Of a DNA stretch of 64,000 nt, positions 1 to 10,980 are shown one piece after another. Below the pieces are notes generated by a model that searched no databases, was not told where the DNA came from, and saw nothing but the letters and a program-made list of their open reading frames with translations. Origin of the DNA: Octopus sinensis. Its lineage: Eukaryota. Position 1 is the stretch's first letter. Each line of letters begins with the position of its first letter. The stretch covers positions 26,287,360-26,351,359 of the forward strand of contig NC_043019.1 in the NCBI RefSeq assembly GCF_006345805.1, given 5' to 3'. The position numbers were made by a program, and so were the translations under genes.

Positions 1-39
1 TTGGATTGCATCCTTGTCAAGATGTTAATAGTTGATTCT

Positions 40-300
40 AATTAATCACAAAATGAGAGAGGGATAGAAGAAAGGGAGAGGCAGAGAGAAAGCGGGACAA
101 GGATATAGACAGAGAGGAATGAAGAGAAAGAGCAAGGATGGAGAGAGAGAGAAGTGAGGGAGAGACAGTGAGGGAGAGAGTGAGGGAGGGGGAAAGACAG
201 TGAGGGAGAGGGAGTGAGGGAGAGGGAGAGACAGTGAGGGATGGAGAGAAAGAGAGAGAGAGCATGAGGGATGAGAGCAAGGGGAAGAGAGAGATATCCA
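40..300. repeat. GA-rich purine low-complexity tract
   Basis: Nearly pure A/G with (GA)n and GTGAGGGA units; source of the spurious S/L/P-rich minus-strand ORFs at 38-316. Confidence 0.9.
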
Positions 301-919
301 AGCATCCTTTCATCAAAGGCTGGTATTAAGCCAGTGTTTTAAAATAAGGGATTTGTTGGCCGCTATAAATCAATCAGTCAGTCTTATTGATCAAATATAT
401 TTATTTCCCAATGAGAGGTTCAAAAAGATACAAAACATTGACGGGTTGGTTTGTTCAAACAAACCCAAGATGACAGGAGCAAATATAATTGTCAGCAGGA
501 CAGACACAATTCTATTCAGTCTGTTTTATTTTCGTGTTTTAACCAAATGACAAGAGTTTCAAATAAGAATCCTTCAACATTAATCAATCATTCACATTTT
601 TTTAATAAGCAAAAGAAAATAAAAATCGATATTAATTTACAGATAAAAATTATCCCACGATGCTTCTTATACACTATTTGCAAACTGATTGATCCTCGTG
701 ATGGCTGTGAATGATTTTTATAAAGAAGCAGGAAGATTCATTGACAACAGAAAATATATTAACAAAAACTGTAAATTATCTGATTCATCTCAATTGTAAC
801 AGGAATAATTTGACAACAAAACCCAAGTCCTAAATCCTATTCAAGAGTCAAAGCAATACAAAAACATTAGGGCTTCAGACATCTTCAAGAACATTTTGGA
901 TGAATGATTTCCCAACATG

Positions 920-1680
920 ACATCGTTTAATGTTCACTTTCCCATGCTTGGATGGGCCCAACGGATTTGTTGCAGATTTTCTACAGATGGATGCCCTTCC
1001 TGCTGCCAATCCTCACCTGTTTACAAGTAAGGTAATGTTCCCTATGACTAGACAGGTCATCACAGTGGATTGGAAATGAAGAACACCACCTGTATGATGG
1101 TGACATTTGTTTACAATTATCACAAGGTCATGGCAATGAAACAATAACACACACCTATAAAAAGGCTTCTTTCAATTTCTGTCTACCAAATCCACTAACA
1201 CAGTTTTGCTCGGCCCAAGTAAAAGACACTTGCCTAAGTTACCACGCAGTGGGATTGAACCCTAGACCATGTGGTTGGTATGCTTACTTCTTACAACACA
1301 GTTATGCCAGCATCTATAATTACAATGTTAGGCTATCACTCAACAGTTTATACTACCAATGTGCTAAATCTCCAACATGCCAAGCGCTTTGTTAACGTGC
1401 TGAGCCCAAATCAATGGGCAAGACCTCCACAACCTCAGATGAGTACCCAAGCATCGGTTGTACACATTCAACACCTGTACTGGTACCATGTATGAAGCAC
1501 CCATGCTAGTGCCATGCATGAAGCACCCAGTACACTGTGAAATAGTTGGCATTAAGAAGGGCATCCAGCTGTAGAAACCATGCCAAAACAAACAGGAGCC
1601 TGGCAGCTCTCCAGCTTGCCAACTCCTGTCAAACCATCTGACCCATACCGGCACAGAAAGTAGGGGTTAAATTATGATGA
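920..1680. mobile_element. Cluster of decayed SINEs: (GAT)n-tailed family and tRNA-headed family fragments
   Basis: GATGCCCTTCC motif near 990, CCAAATCCACT...CAGTGGGATTGAACC...CCATGTGGTTGG at about 1190-1280, GGCATCCAGCTGTAGAAACC at about 1560; all match the repeats found across the window. Confidence 0.75.
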
Positions 1681-2693
1681 CACAATATCACAATTTCATC
1701 AGATGAGACACCAATCAACAAACCAGCTATTGACTTAAAGCAAAAGTCCTTTCCAAAAACTATCAACTCACCATGTTTATCCCCTTATATAATCTCATGA
1801 AAATAAGCTTTTTTGTGTTTCACTTAAATTCTAAATTAATCAAAAACACAGATTGGTTTTGTTGTTGAGTTAATAAATAAATGTAGTGTTCAAAACAAAC
1901 AGTTATTACATAACTTGTATTTATTTAAGTTGTATTTATGTCTCAAAACTACAGGTAAATTCAGTGAAATGTAAAATTAAATTTTGTAATAATGTCTCAA
2001 TATAAAATGAATTACTAACCAATATTCGGCTGAGATATGTAATAGAATTGTATTTGAAAGGAAGAAAAAAAATTGTGCATATTACTGCATTTTCAATTGA
2101 ACTTGACTGCATTGAGAATAGATGCAACACAGCACGAAATATTGAACTGATCAAAATGTTGAAAACAAAATACACACACACAAGGAAATTCAGAAATTTC
2201 CATTCACAGTAGATTAAAATTGCCAGGGACTAAAATAACTGGAAACTACATAAACGTGAGAAAGTATTTTATAAAATTAAAATGTATGTATTAAAAAAAT
2301 ATTTCTTACATGGAAAGCTGTAAAGTATCCCAACTCTGTTTTCTGTGTAACACAATCATGCAGAATGCACACTGAAAACTATTTTCAATTGCCCAAACCC
2401 GGAGAGCTTTTCTTTTCTGATGGCATTCACAGTCTAACTTCCCCCACCACCACAATTTTATGGAGATCAGCCCAGATGCTTCCTACAGGAAAGCTTCCCC
2501 CTTTCTCCAAACAGTCGTTTCTTTGGATGAATAGCCTGCTTTCTATTGTGTAGCAACACCTGCTCAGAACTGCAGATGGTCACAATACTTTTGATTCCCT
2601 CCTCTTAATTTGAGATGTGTGTGTGTGTTTCAGTCATTAGAGTGCTGCCTTACCAAGGCACCGCCTTAAAGAATTTTAGTCAAATCGACCCCA

Positions 2694-2694
<1 letters not shown>

Positions 2695-2731
<37 letters not shown>

Positions 2732-2780
2732 CATATTCCACGTCCTCGCGTTGTGTTTTTTTGTGCTTTCTTGTTTGGAT

Positions 2781-2855
<75 letters not shown>
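2695..2855. repeat. (TA)n microsatellites flanking a 50-bp Penelope-like terminal fragment
   Basis: (TA)n runs; 2735-2785 is the reverse complement of 60430-60480. Confidence 0.8.
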
Positions 2856-2857
<2 letters not shown>

Positions 2858-3070
2858 TCTTTTACTCTTTACTCTTTTACTTGTTTCAGTCATTTGACTG
2901 CGGCCATGCTGGAGCACCGCCTTTAATCGAGCAACTCGACCCCGGGACTTATTCTTTTGTAAGCCCAGTACTTATTCTATCGGTCTCTTTTGCCGAACCG
3001 CTAAGTAACGGGGACATAAACACACCAGCATCGGTTGTCAAGCAATGCTAGGGGGACACAAACACACATA
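2854..3070 (-). mobile_element. tRNA-headed SINE (family A), 3' half, young copy
   Basis: TACTCTTT tail plus CAGTCATTTGACTGCGGCCATGCTGGAGCACCGCC..., near-identical to 19310 and 39061. Confidence 0.9.
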
Positions 3071-4029
3071 TATATGCATATATATATGTATATATATATT
3101 TATTTAAACTTGGCACTTATTCTATTGATTTTTTTTTTTTACCAAACTGCCAAATTACAGGGATTATAAACACACAACACTACTTGTCATCAATTGGTGG
3201 AGGAGGGGGGAGGGCAAACAGATACAAAACAACACACACCAGTGTTTACCTAACAAATGATCCATACTGTTATACTAGAAACCTATCAGGCCATCTGCCA
3301 ACAATGAACAAGCATTTTCCTGGATTTGTACAACATTCAGGAAGATGCCATTTTCGAGAGGGTGCCAGAATGTTCTTCCCCATGTACTGGTGCCTCATAA
3401 AAATCAATAGTGATACAGCTTTAAAAATAGTATAAGAATTAAATTCATAATATAAGAAACACAGGGTTCATCTGTGCTTCAGAAGCTGGTCGTTCTAAGT
3501 AGCTTTCTAATGCTCATGACTACATTTAATACAAAAAAAAGTCCTAGAATTTCATCCAGGAATATACACAGCCATAGGCAGTCTTCCTTTCATTTCCAGC
3601 TTGTGAATTGTATGTAGCAAGTCCTATGGCTCACTACCTCCTGCAAGTCATAGGTCAGACCAATCAGCATTGATTTTACTAACAGTACAAAGGTCCATCA
3701 TGCTTATGTTAACTTATAAAGCATAGTGGAGGCAGAAAGAGACAGACAGACAACAATCCCACCAATTGTAATTCCAAAGATTAAGTCACACCAGCATTAA
3801 AAAAAAAGACAAAAACAAAAAGAAAAAAATGCATAAAGTTCAATTGATATCTTGTCTAAATTCATTCAGCCCCAGCCCCCCCACACACACACACAATACA
3901 AAGGTTTCAAACACGTCGTCGTCAGTTCTTCTAGAAACAAAAACCATATTGTCAACACTAAATTCTTCTCTAACCTCAGAGAATATTAATTACCAAAGTC
4001 TAAGAACAAAGCAATCAAATCAATCTTGC

Positions 4030-4770
4030 AAGCCTTTGTTCCAATCATAAATGATCAAGGAAACCTCCAACACAGTCAATTGACAAACTGTGGCGAGCAG
4101 GACTTTCTGAATGGTACCCAAATAACTTTTTTTTTTAGTAGTGTGGCCCGTTTGATGACAGTCATGTCTCATGTGACTCACTTCTCAAGAAAGGATTCCA
4201 CAATCCTGCCTGACACAAGTCTTAGCTGTCAGTATTTGGTGTGGGGTTTATGTTCAAGGTGGTGAATCTCCAGTTTTGAGCAAACAACTGCACTGTAAAT
4301 TTAAAACAGACTGTCTGGTTTCCAACTCCATACCCTTCTGGTAACTCTTGCTATCAAACTGGAGACAAATATATTGTTCTGTACCATTTTGGACCACAAT
4401 ACTCAGATCTAGCAACTTGGTAACCAAAAATCTCCATCTACCTGGCCCAAGACTGCATTCCAGAAAAATCACTTAAGTGTTGTGAAGAGCACAGGAGGTG
4501 GTTGTCTCTTCCAGGTTGGGCTGCAGTTCAAATCCAAACTGACCAATTGGTTTCAAAACCAATACTTGTCTCTCGAGCCATACAGATGCCGCCAACAACA
4601 GATCTGATAAACTACACGAGAGGTGAGAAAATTATCTGGATGACTGTGTCATCATACAAAGTACATCTCTGGAATGGATTTTTGTCCATCTCCCCCACAG
4701 CAATTTTTAATGAATATTGTCAGGTAGACATAACCATAAAGGTTGTTTGTGACATTGTGAAAATAAGGCC
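4030..4770 (+). mobile_element. Degenerate CR1/Jockey-type LINE reverse-transcriptase fragment
   Basis: Frameshifted GP-DCIPEKSLKCC near 4440-4490 resembles the GPDGIP..LKKC motif; later LWNGFLS resembles W..SFLS; many stops. Confidence 0.5.
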
Positions 4771-4872
4771 TATCTGATTATACAAGCACCTCATTCTTTC
4801 CCATTTATAAATAAACTTGTCAACTATAACAGTCATGTGTTAATGATCTGAAGACCTGTACAAATCACAGAA

Positions 4873-5099
4873 TTAACCCTTTAGTATTTAAACCGGCCAT
4901 ATCCGGCCAAAATATTTAATCTGTTTTATGTTCAAACTGACCAGATCCAGGCCCTCACACCTGCCCTACAATGTTATTCTACGTTAGGTAATTACACCAT
5001 CAAGATCTTGAAGATATGAGATAATGCATGATTAATTCAAATCAATGTGAATCAATAAGAATTATGTTTGATAGAATAATCAGAACACTAAAGGGTTAA
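4873..5099. mobile_element. piggyBac-type MITE (family 1, about 225 bp)
   Basis: TTAA|CCCTTTAG...CTAAAGGG|TTAA termini with TTAA duplication. Confidence 0.9.
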
Positions 5100-5391
5100 A
5101 CTTATTCAGAAATTTATATTTATGCAGGAGTGTTTTAATCCCAATAACAATACCAATTGTGAAAACAATTTAATTTATTGTAGGTTTTTGTAAGCTTTCA
5201 TTTTTAAGTTGGAATAGGAAGTCGACATAACATTTTGTTTAAGCACTTGAGTGTTAAAACCGGCATGTTGAAAGAAAATTTTAAAAAAAAGGAAATAAGA
5301 AGAAGCCTATACATATTTTCAGAACTAATATTTCTACTGTAGAACTTAGAATACTTGAAATCAGTTTTAAATGAACAAAATCTTTTCTTAC

Positions 5392-5436
5392 CACATCTGT
5401 TGATGACTTTTTCAACTTGGTCCTATCAATTTTCAT
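5392..5436 (-). CDS. HUWE1: First coding exon of HECT E3 ubiquitin ligase HUWE1 (MKIDRTKLKKSSTDV); whole exon 5479-5392 includes 5' UTR
   Basis: 10/15 identity to the human N-terminus MKVDRTKLKKTPTEA as I recall it, with I/V, S/T and D/E conservative changes; A at -3; donor GTG|GTAAGA after codon 15 (phase 0, matching my recollection of the vertebrate gene); acceptor TTTTAG at 5481-5480. The next exon (PADC..L.DKL) is not in 1-5391. Confidence 0.9.
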
Positions 5437-5474
5437 GTTGAATCGACAGTTTGATCGTCAATCATTGGATTCAT
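5433..5474 (-). promoter_or_regulatory. uORF MNPMIDDQTVDST* whose TGA overlaps the HUWE1 ATG
   Basis: ATG 5474-5472, second in-frame ATG 5465-5463, stop TGA 5435-5433 inside ATGA. Confidence 0.7.
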
Positions 5475-6629
5475 GTGTTCTAAAAGCAAAACAACAAATA
5501 GTTTAGTTTTTGTAGGAGGAAGCAGAAAAAGGAAAATACAGGATCTATTCGGATTTTGGTCTAGTCGGAAATCAAACATGCCCAATTGTTAGAAGTCACT
5601 AAAATTACAAATCCACTAAATTCCAAAGCAGAGGAGAATAAAGAGGCCTTTGATGGCACTTTAAATGATTTGATACCATATTTTTAATGAAGTACTTTGC
5701 CTTTGTTTCAATTCTGTCATTATTAAGCTGGTGTTCAGAACAAATTACCATTAAATTTCAATTGAAGGTTTCAAATTAGATCACTTTAAAATTATAAGTT
5801 TTTATCACAGAATAAACATCCACAGATGTATTAGTATCAAAAGAGTTAACATTTTTCTATGCCATAGAGAAAACAAAATTATCTCATATTCTGTAAAATA
5901 AAATTTTGTGATATTATGCTCAATATCAGACTCCTGGATTTGACAGACCATTGGCTAACATTTTTATAAAGTGAAAATTTATGTTCTACGAGTTTTCTGG
6001 ACATTTTTTCTCAATAACTTCACTATATGTATTTGAAAGAAACAGGTACCAATTTTACATTCAATTAGAAGAAAATTTGATGTATTTGAGAATGAAAAAT
6101 AAAGTGCAGTAAATGCAACAAAATGTTGAAAGTAACAGGATATTTCAGTTTCTCTTTTTTTCTTTTTTTGTAGTAAATAGAACAGATGTAAGGAAGCTAC
6201 CTAAAATTATCAATTACTGGAGAGCACGAATGGGCTCCTCATATTACCTGTATCTTAACCAGAATGCAGTTTTTAAAGGTATTTCAGTATTTGTATGTAT
6301 GTATGTATAAAGGCACCAGAGTATGTAAAAAGGAATAAGACCCTTTATTTAAAATGTCTTTTTAGACACTGTACAAAAAACATTTCAGCTTTATCAACAA
6401 ATAGGGTTGTCCATTGATGAAGGGACGATCACATCTGCAGTTATATATGCTAGGCAAACCAACAAAACAGGATGTTAAAAGTGGGTATTGTTGTGACTTT
6501 TACACAAGACAAATGACCTAGGGCAAGGGTCAGCATCTTACATTACTGACCTCTTCAGAAAAAAAAAATCATTGATAATGTGACCCTCACTGTAAATTTC
6601 TAAAATAAAATTAAGGTATAATTAACAAT

Positions 6630-6812
6630 TTCAATTTTTGGCACAGGGCCAACAGTTTTATGGGGGGAGGGCGAAGTCGATTACATCAACTCCAGCACTT
6701 GACATTTTATTGACCCTGAAATGATGAAATTTGAGCTAAGGACGTAGCAACAAACAAAATGCTAGTAAGCATTTTGTCTGGCATACTCAATGGTTTCTGT
6801 CAGCTCACTGCC
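6630..6812 (-). mobile_element. Decayed Nin/Deu-domain-like tRNA SINE (family B)
   Basis: GTCGATTACATCAAC...TTTATTGACCCTGAAA...CTGTCAGCTCACTGCC, similar to 40595-40830. Confidence 0.65.
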
Positions 6813-7761
6813 TTTATTAAGAGATATAATCAATCTTGATTTTAAAAAACTAATTCCTTCGCTCTTTTGTATCGTTACTGCTTTTTAATGTTTAAGGAAA
6901 TTTAATGAAAATACTTAATGAAACTGCTAACAAACAATACAAATTTAGTGATGTATTGATATAGTTGGAATATTTTATATGAAATATATATTTAGCAAAA
7001 ATTAGTCATTGTATCAATAATATTTTAGCTGGAAATTTTAACCTCAAATTACTGAGCTCTTCCAAATTTAGTTAAACACCATTAATGCTCAAAATCATTT
7101 CAAGTATTAACTGACCCCAGCTGCTCAATACATACTAGTTTTTGCCAACCCCTGGTCTAGGATAGGATCTCGAAATTATCACTTTCATACTGTAAAGAAC
7201 ATTTTTTAACAAGCATTGCAGTTCAACCAAAATTATGGTGGGCTACACGTCATTGCATATGGAAAACAAGTGAAATAATCCAATGGGTGAAATTAAATTT
7301 GTTAGTGACTGCATACAGCAACAAAAAGAAAAGTAATTTTCTGTCCATTTGTGTTCAACTACATGAGGATGAAAACAGCATGCCATTTAAAAGCAACAGC
7401 TACATAGACGGTTATAGATAAGATCTCTCAGATAATGAGCTATTACACAATTAATAGACCGATCAGCAGGTATTGGTAATACTTGTTTTGGAAGATAAAT
7501 ATGAATAAGAAAAAGAAAAAAAAAGAAAACAAGAGAAAGACAAAAGTATGGTTGTAAAATATCTCTGAAATTACCTAACTTCATAAAACAAAAAAAAAAG
7601 AGTGATTATTGCAAGAAGTTATGCCAGAAGTGGTTAGCAGAAAAGGAAAGCTTTCAGTGGACAGTCAGGTGAATGCACATTTTTTAAATCACATTCAGCA
7701 AGAATGCCCTATGCAAAGTAGGATACAACTTTCCAAGGCAGAAATATCAATTTATGTCTAA

Positions 7762-8151
7762 CTAGCAGTATCGCCCGGCGTTGCTTGGGTTTGTAAGGGA
7801 AATAACTATATAAGCATTTTTAGAGAGTTATAGCCAAAACATAGCAAAAAAATGCATTAAAAATGGGGGGGAAATGATGGTAATTTTTTTTTTAAATTGT
7901 TGACTCATCGTAGACATTTTTAGAGAGTTACTTCCCTTATATAATAGCAAAAAAAAATGCATTAAAATGGGGAAAAAATTATGTTAAATTTTTTTTTAAA
8001 TCGTAGACGCGCGCTAATATCCAGAAGGGCTCGATATGAATCACGACTATAAGATACCCGGTTTTGGTTAAACTGCACCGCAAAATGTGGGAGTAGTTAG
8101 GAATCTAAATCGTAGGAGACAGACACACAACTTGACTTTTATATATAAAGA
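7762..8151 (-). mobile_element. Non-autonomous Helitron (390 bp)
   Basis: On minus: 5' TC(TTTATATATAAAA), 3' ...CCCAAGCAACGCCGGGCGATACTG-CTAG, inserted between A and T with no TSD; contains an internal tandem duplication. Confidence 0.9.
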
Positions 8152-8464
8152 TTTAATTTTATAAAATATTTTCAAAAGTATCTCATTTTCAATGATAAAT
8201 TCTATAACTATACTAGTGAAGCTATTGTAAAGCTAGTGTGAGTAAGAAACAGTATGTGTGCTTGTATATAAATGTTTCATTTTGTACTTTTTGACCACCA
8301 TTTTAATAAGTTCCAATATTTTGTGCTATTTTACAGTTACGGTTCATATTGCATGAACACAAACTCAACTGGAAATCCAATAATGTGCGCAATTTCTCCA
8401 ATTTTTTTTTATATATACCACACTGTATTAAATTTTACATTACTAGAATAATAAGGTAGGTGAG

Positions 8465-8856
8465 CAGGGCTGGATTAAGACCCATCAAGGCCCTAAGCAC
8501 TTAAAAGGTTTTGGTGTCCCCATAAAAGATTATGTAATTCAAAATATAAACAATAACAAACCATAAATTTTTATTTTTGAAAATGAAACAAAAAGTAAGA
8601 GAAAATAATGTTCATATTTGAAAAGCTTCCTCCTACTTTTTTGAATTGCAAAGTATTTGATCAGGTCCTCAAAATTAATCTTAGGTAACACATCTACATC
8701 TATACTTAGTAGAGATAAAGGCATCCTGAATATTGTTTTAGCAAGCTTAAAGTGATTTCTTTTGTGCTGTAAACCATTTACCATTTCTGTGGTGCCCCTC
8801 CTTCTCTTGATGTCCTTAGCATGTGCTTATTTTGCTTAATGGTTAATCCAGCGCTG
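8465..8856 (-). mobile_element. Internally deleted hAT element with transposase dimerisation-domain remnant
   Basis: TIRs CAGGGCTGGATTAA / TTAATCCAGCGCTG; perfect 8-bp TSD TAGGTGAG; minus frame LSLLSIDVDVLPKINFEDLIKYFAIQKSRRK matches the hAT C-terminus. Confidence 0.9.
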
Positions 8857-9088
8857 TAGGTGAGAGAAGAGATCTGGCCAGTTTTAACATAAAACAGGTA
8901 GAATGCTTGGGCTGGACATGGCCAGTTTAAATGCTAAAGGGTTAAGACACAAAGCACTGACCTTTCAGTTTCCAAACTTGGTTAAATTTAAAACCAAGCT
9001 AGACTTGTGTACTCAGTTGGGAAAGCAACAACATAGCTTCTTATAACTACAAGCACTTAGAATATTATAGAATCAACTAAAGAGAATA

Positions 9089-9211
9089 CAGTAGTACCTC
9101 GCTTTTCGAACGCCTCTGATCATGAATAAACCATGCTGTGTGTGTGTGTGTGTATATATAAAGCATGATTTAAAGCATGATCAAAGTCATTCGTAAAACG
9201 AGGTACTACTG
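9089..9211. mobile_element. Tigger/pogo-type MITE (123 bp)
   Basis: TA|CAGTAGTACCTCG...CGAGGTACTACTG|TA. Confidence 0.9.
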
Positions 9212-10149
9212 TATTAAATGGATATGAGAAAGACAGGAGATAAAGCACGATTTACTTGTAATCAGAGTTGTTCGAAAACCAAGGTTCTACAGTATTAAGT
9301 GAAAAGTGAATAAATGTTAAAAGTTTGTCTGGCTAATGTAAAAAAAAAAAAATTGGGAAAACAGCCACTTAATAGAGCAGCAAATCTTGTTGGGATAAAT
9401 TAGTGTAGAGGCTATCAAGATTAATCTGCCTAAGACATTTGACTGAAATGATTTTGACAATCAATCACAAACACCATGATAAATACACCAGGACTAACAC
9501 TTCAGTTAATAACCTATAAATATTAATCCACACAAAAGATAAAATTGTGTGTCATTTCAATTTCAGGTTTTGTTTCTTTTAAGCAGCACACACACACCTC
9601 ACAAGAATATAAACCTGCAGAAATTCATAAACTCAAAACAGAATGGTGTGTTCCTTAAATGTAGAATTGTTCAAATCCCTAATACAATCCAACTACGATC
9701 TCCCTTTATACAAGGTCAAAGTTATAGGCACAGTAACAACCCGCTCAGATATAATAATTAAAAGCAAAATAAACTATTTTATTGTTTTACTAGTTTCAGT
9801 TATAGGACTGCAGCCATTCTAGGATGGTCCTACAAGGGTTTAGTTAATCATATCAACCTCCATTTTTGCCCAGCATTTCATCAATTTGCTGAATTGCTAA
9901 ATTACATGGACAACTTTGTTGATTCTGAAATACTTGACTGTCACATGTGGACCTTATGCCCCTAGTTTGTCTCTTTTGTGACAAGAACTTTTTGTTTCTA
10001 TCAACAACACAGGGCCCCAAAATACTTGAAATTAATGAGTTCTATACCAATGTTGGAACAAATTGACAAATGGTCTTTATTGATGGTCATGTACTCAGTC
10101 TTATTTGAATTAACAGATTGACCTTCGCTGCATTCTCAAAGAATGTTCG

Positions 10150-10525
10150 CAAGGCACAAGCATGTATGGTCAGAAGTTTTCTTCCCAACTACATGGTTCT
10201 ATGTTCAATCCCACTGTTTGTACCTTGAGCAAGCGTCTTTTATAGCCTTGAGCTGACCAAGGCCTTGTGAATAGATTTGGTAGGTAGAAACTAAATCCAG
10301 TGTGTGTGTGTGTGTGTGTGGTGTGTGTGTGTATGCACGCGCATCCCACCACTGCTTAACAATTGTGCATTTATGTCCCCATAACTTAGCGATTTGGCCT
10401 AAGAGACAAACAGAATAAGTACCAGGCTCAAAAAATAAGTTCTGGAATTGATTCATCTGACTAAAATTCTTCATGGCAGTGCCCCAGCACGGCCACAGTC
10501 AGATGTCTGAAACGAGCAAAAGAGT
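10150..10525 (+). mobile_element. SINE family A, diverged
   Basis: tRNA-like head, GATTTGGTAG core, (GT)n middle, CAGCACGGCCACAGTC tail. Confidence 0.8.
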
Positions 10526-10529
10526 AAGT

Positions 10530-10980
10530 CTAGTACATCAGGGCATGGCTGCAATCATACAGAGCATTCTTATCGATGGAGGCCAAAACCTAGACTATGA
10601 AGCAAGAGTTTCAACATCACCTTGATGGTACATACACCAAGCCTCTTTCTCATGACAGCTCAAAATCTCTCATGGCTTCAGCACAAGACCAAAATGGACA
10701 TTTATGGATACATTCCACTCACCTCTACTATTGTTGTTCAATGCAGAACAGGCTTTGCTGACCACTGCTATCATGTTGAATAGCAGGCCCCATCAGTAGA
10801 TTTTGAAGATTTCTACACTCTTATACAGGACAAAGACCACTCAACTACATTAATGTTATTGGCATAGACACAAAGATTAAAACAAAGACTTTCCAAAGAT
10901 AACATGGAACAGCTTCTCAATATGGTATGGGGAAACACATCTCAGTTGCAGCCACTTGGCTGGAGTGAACAAACAGACAT
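10530..10980 (+). mobile_element. Possible Penelope-like GIY-YIG endonuclease remnant
   Basis: Degenerate LHSYTGQRPLNYINVIGID resembles the H..TGH.F...V.IL region; many stops. Confidence 0.3.

Noticed and set aside
38-316. 92-aa and 87-aa S/L/P-rich ORFs
   Set aside because: Antisense translation of a GA-rich low-complexity tract.
640-703. Minus exon-like segment PSRGSISLQIVYKKHRGIIFI as HUWE1 coding exon 2
   Set aside because: Starts with P in phase 0 but does not resemble the conserved PADC..LI.KL / CELYHW sequence, and 64 nt would shift the frame.
4670-4773. Minus frame RPYFHNVTNNLYGYV... as a terminal exon
   Set aside because: Lies antisense to a decayed CR1/Jockey RT and is incompatible with the HUWE1 phase.
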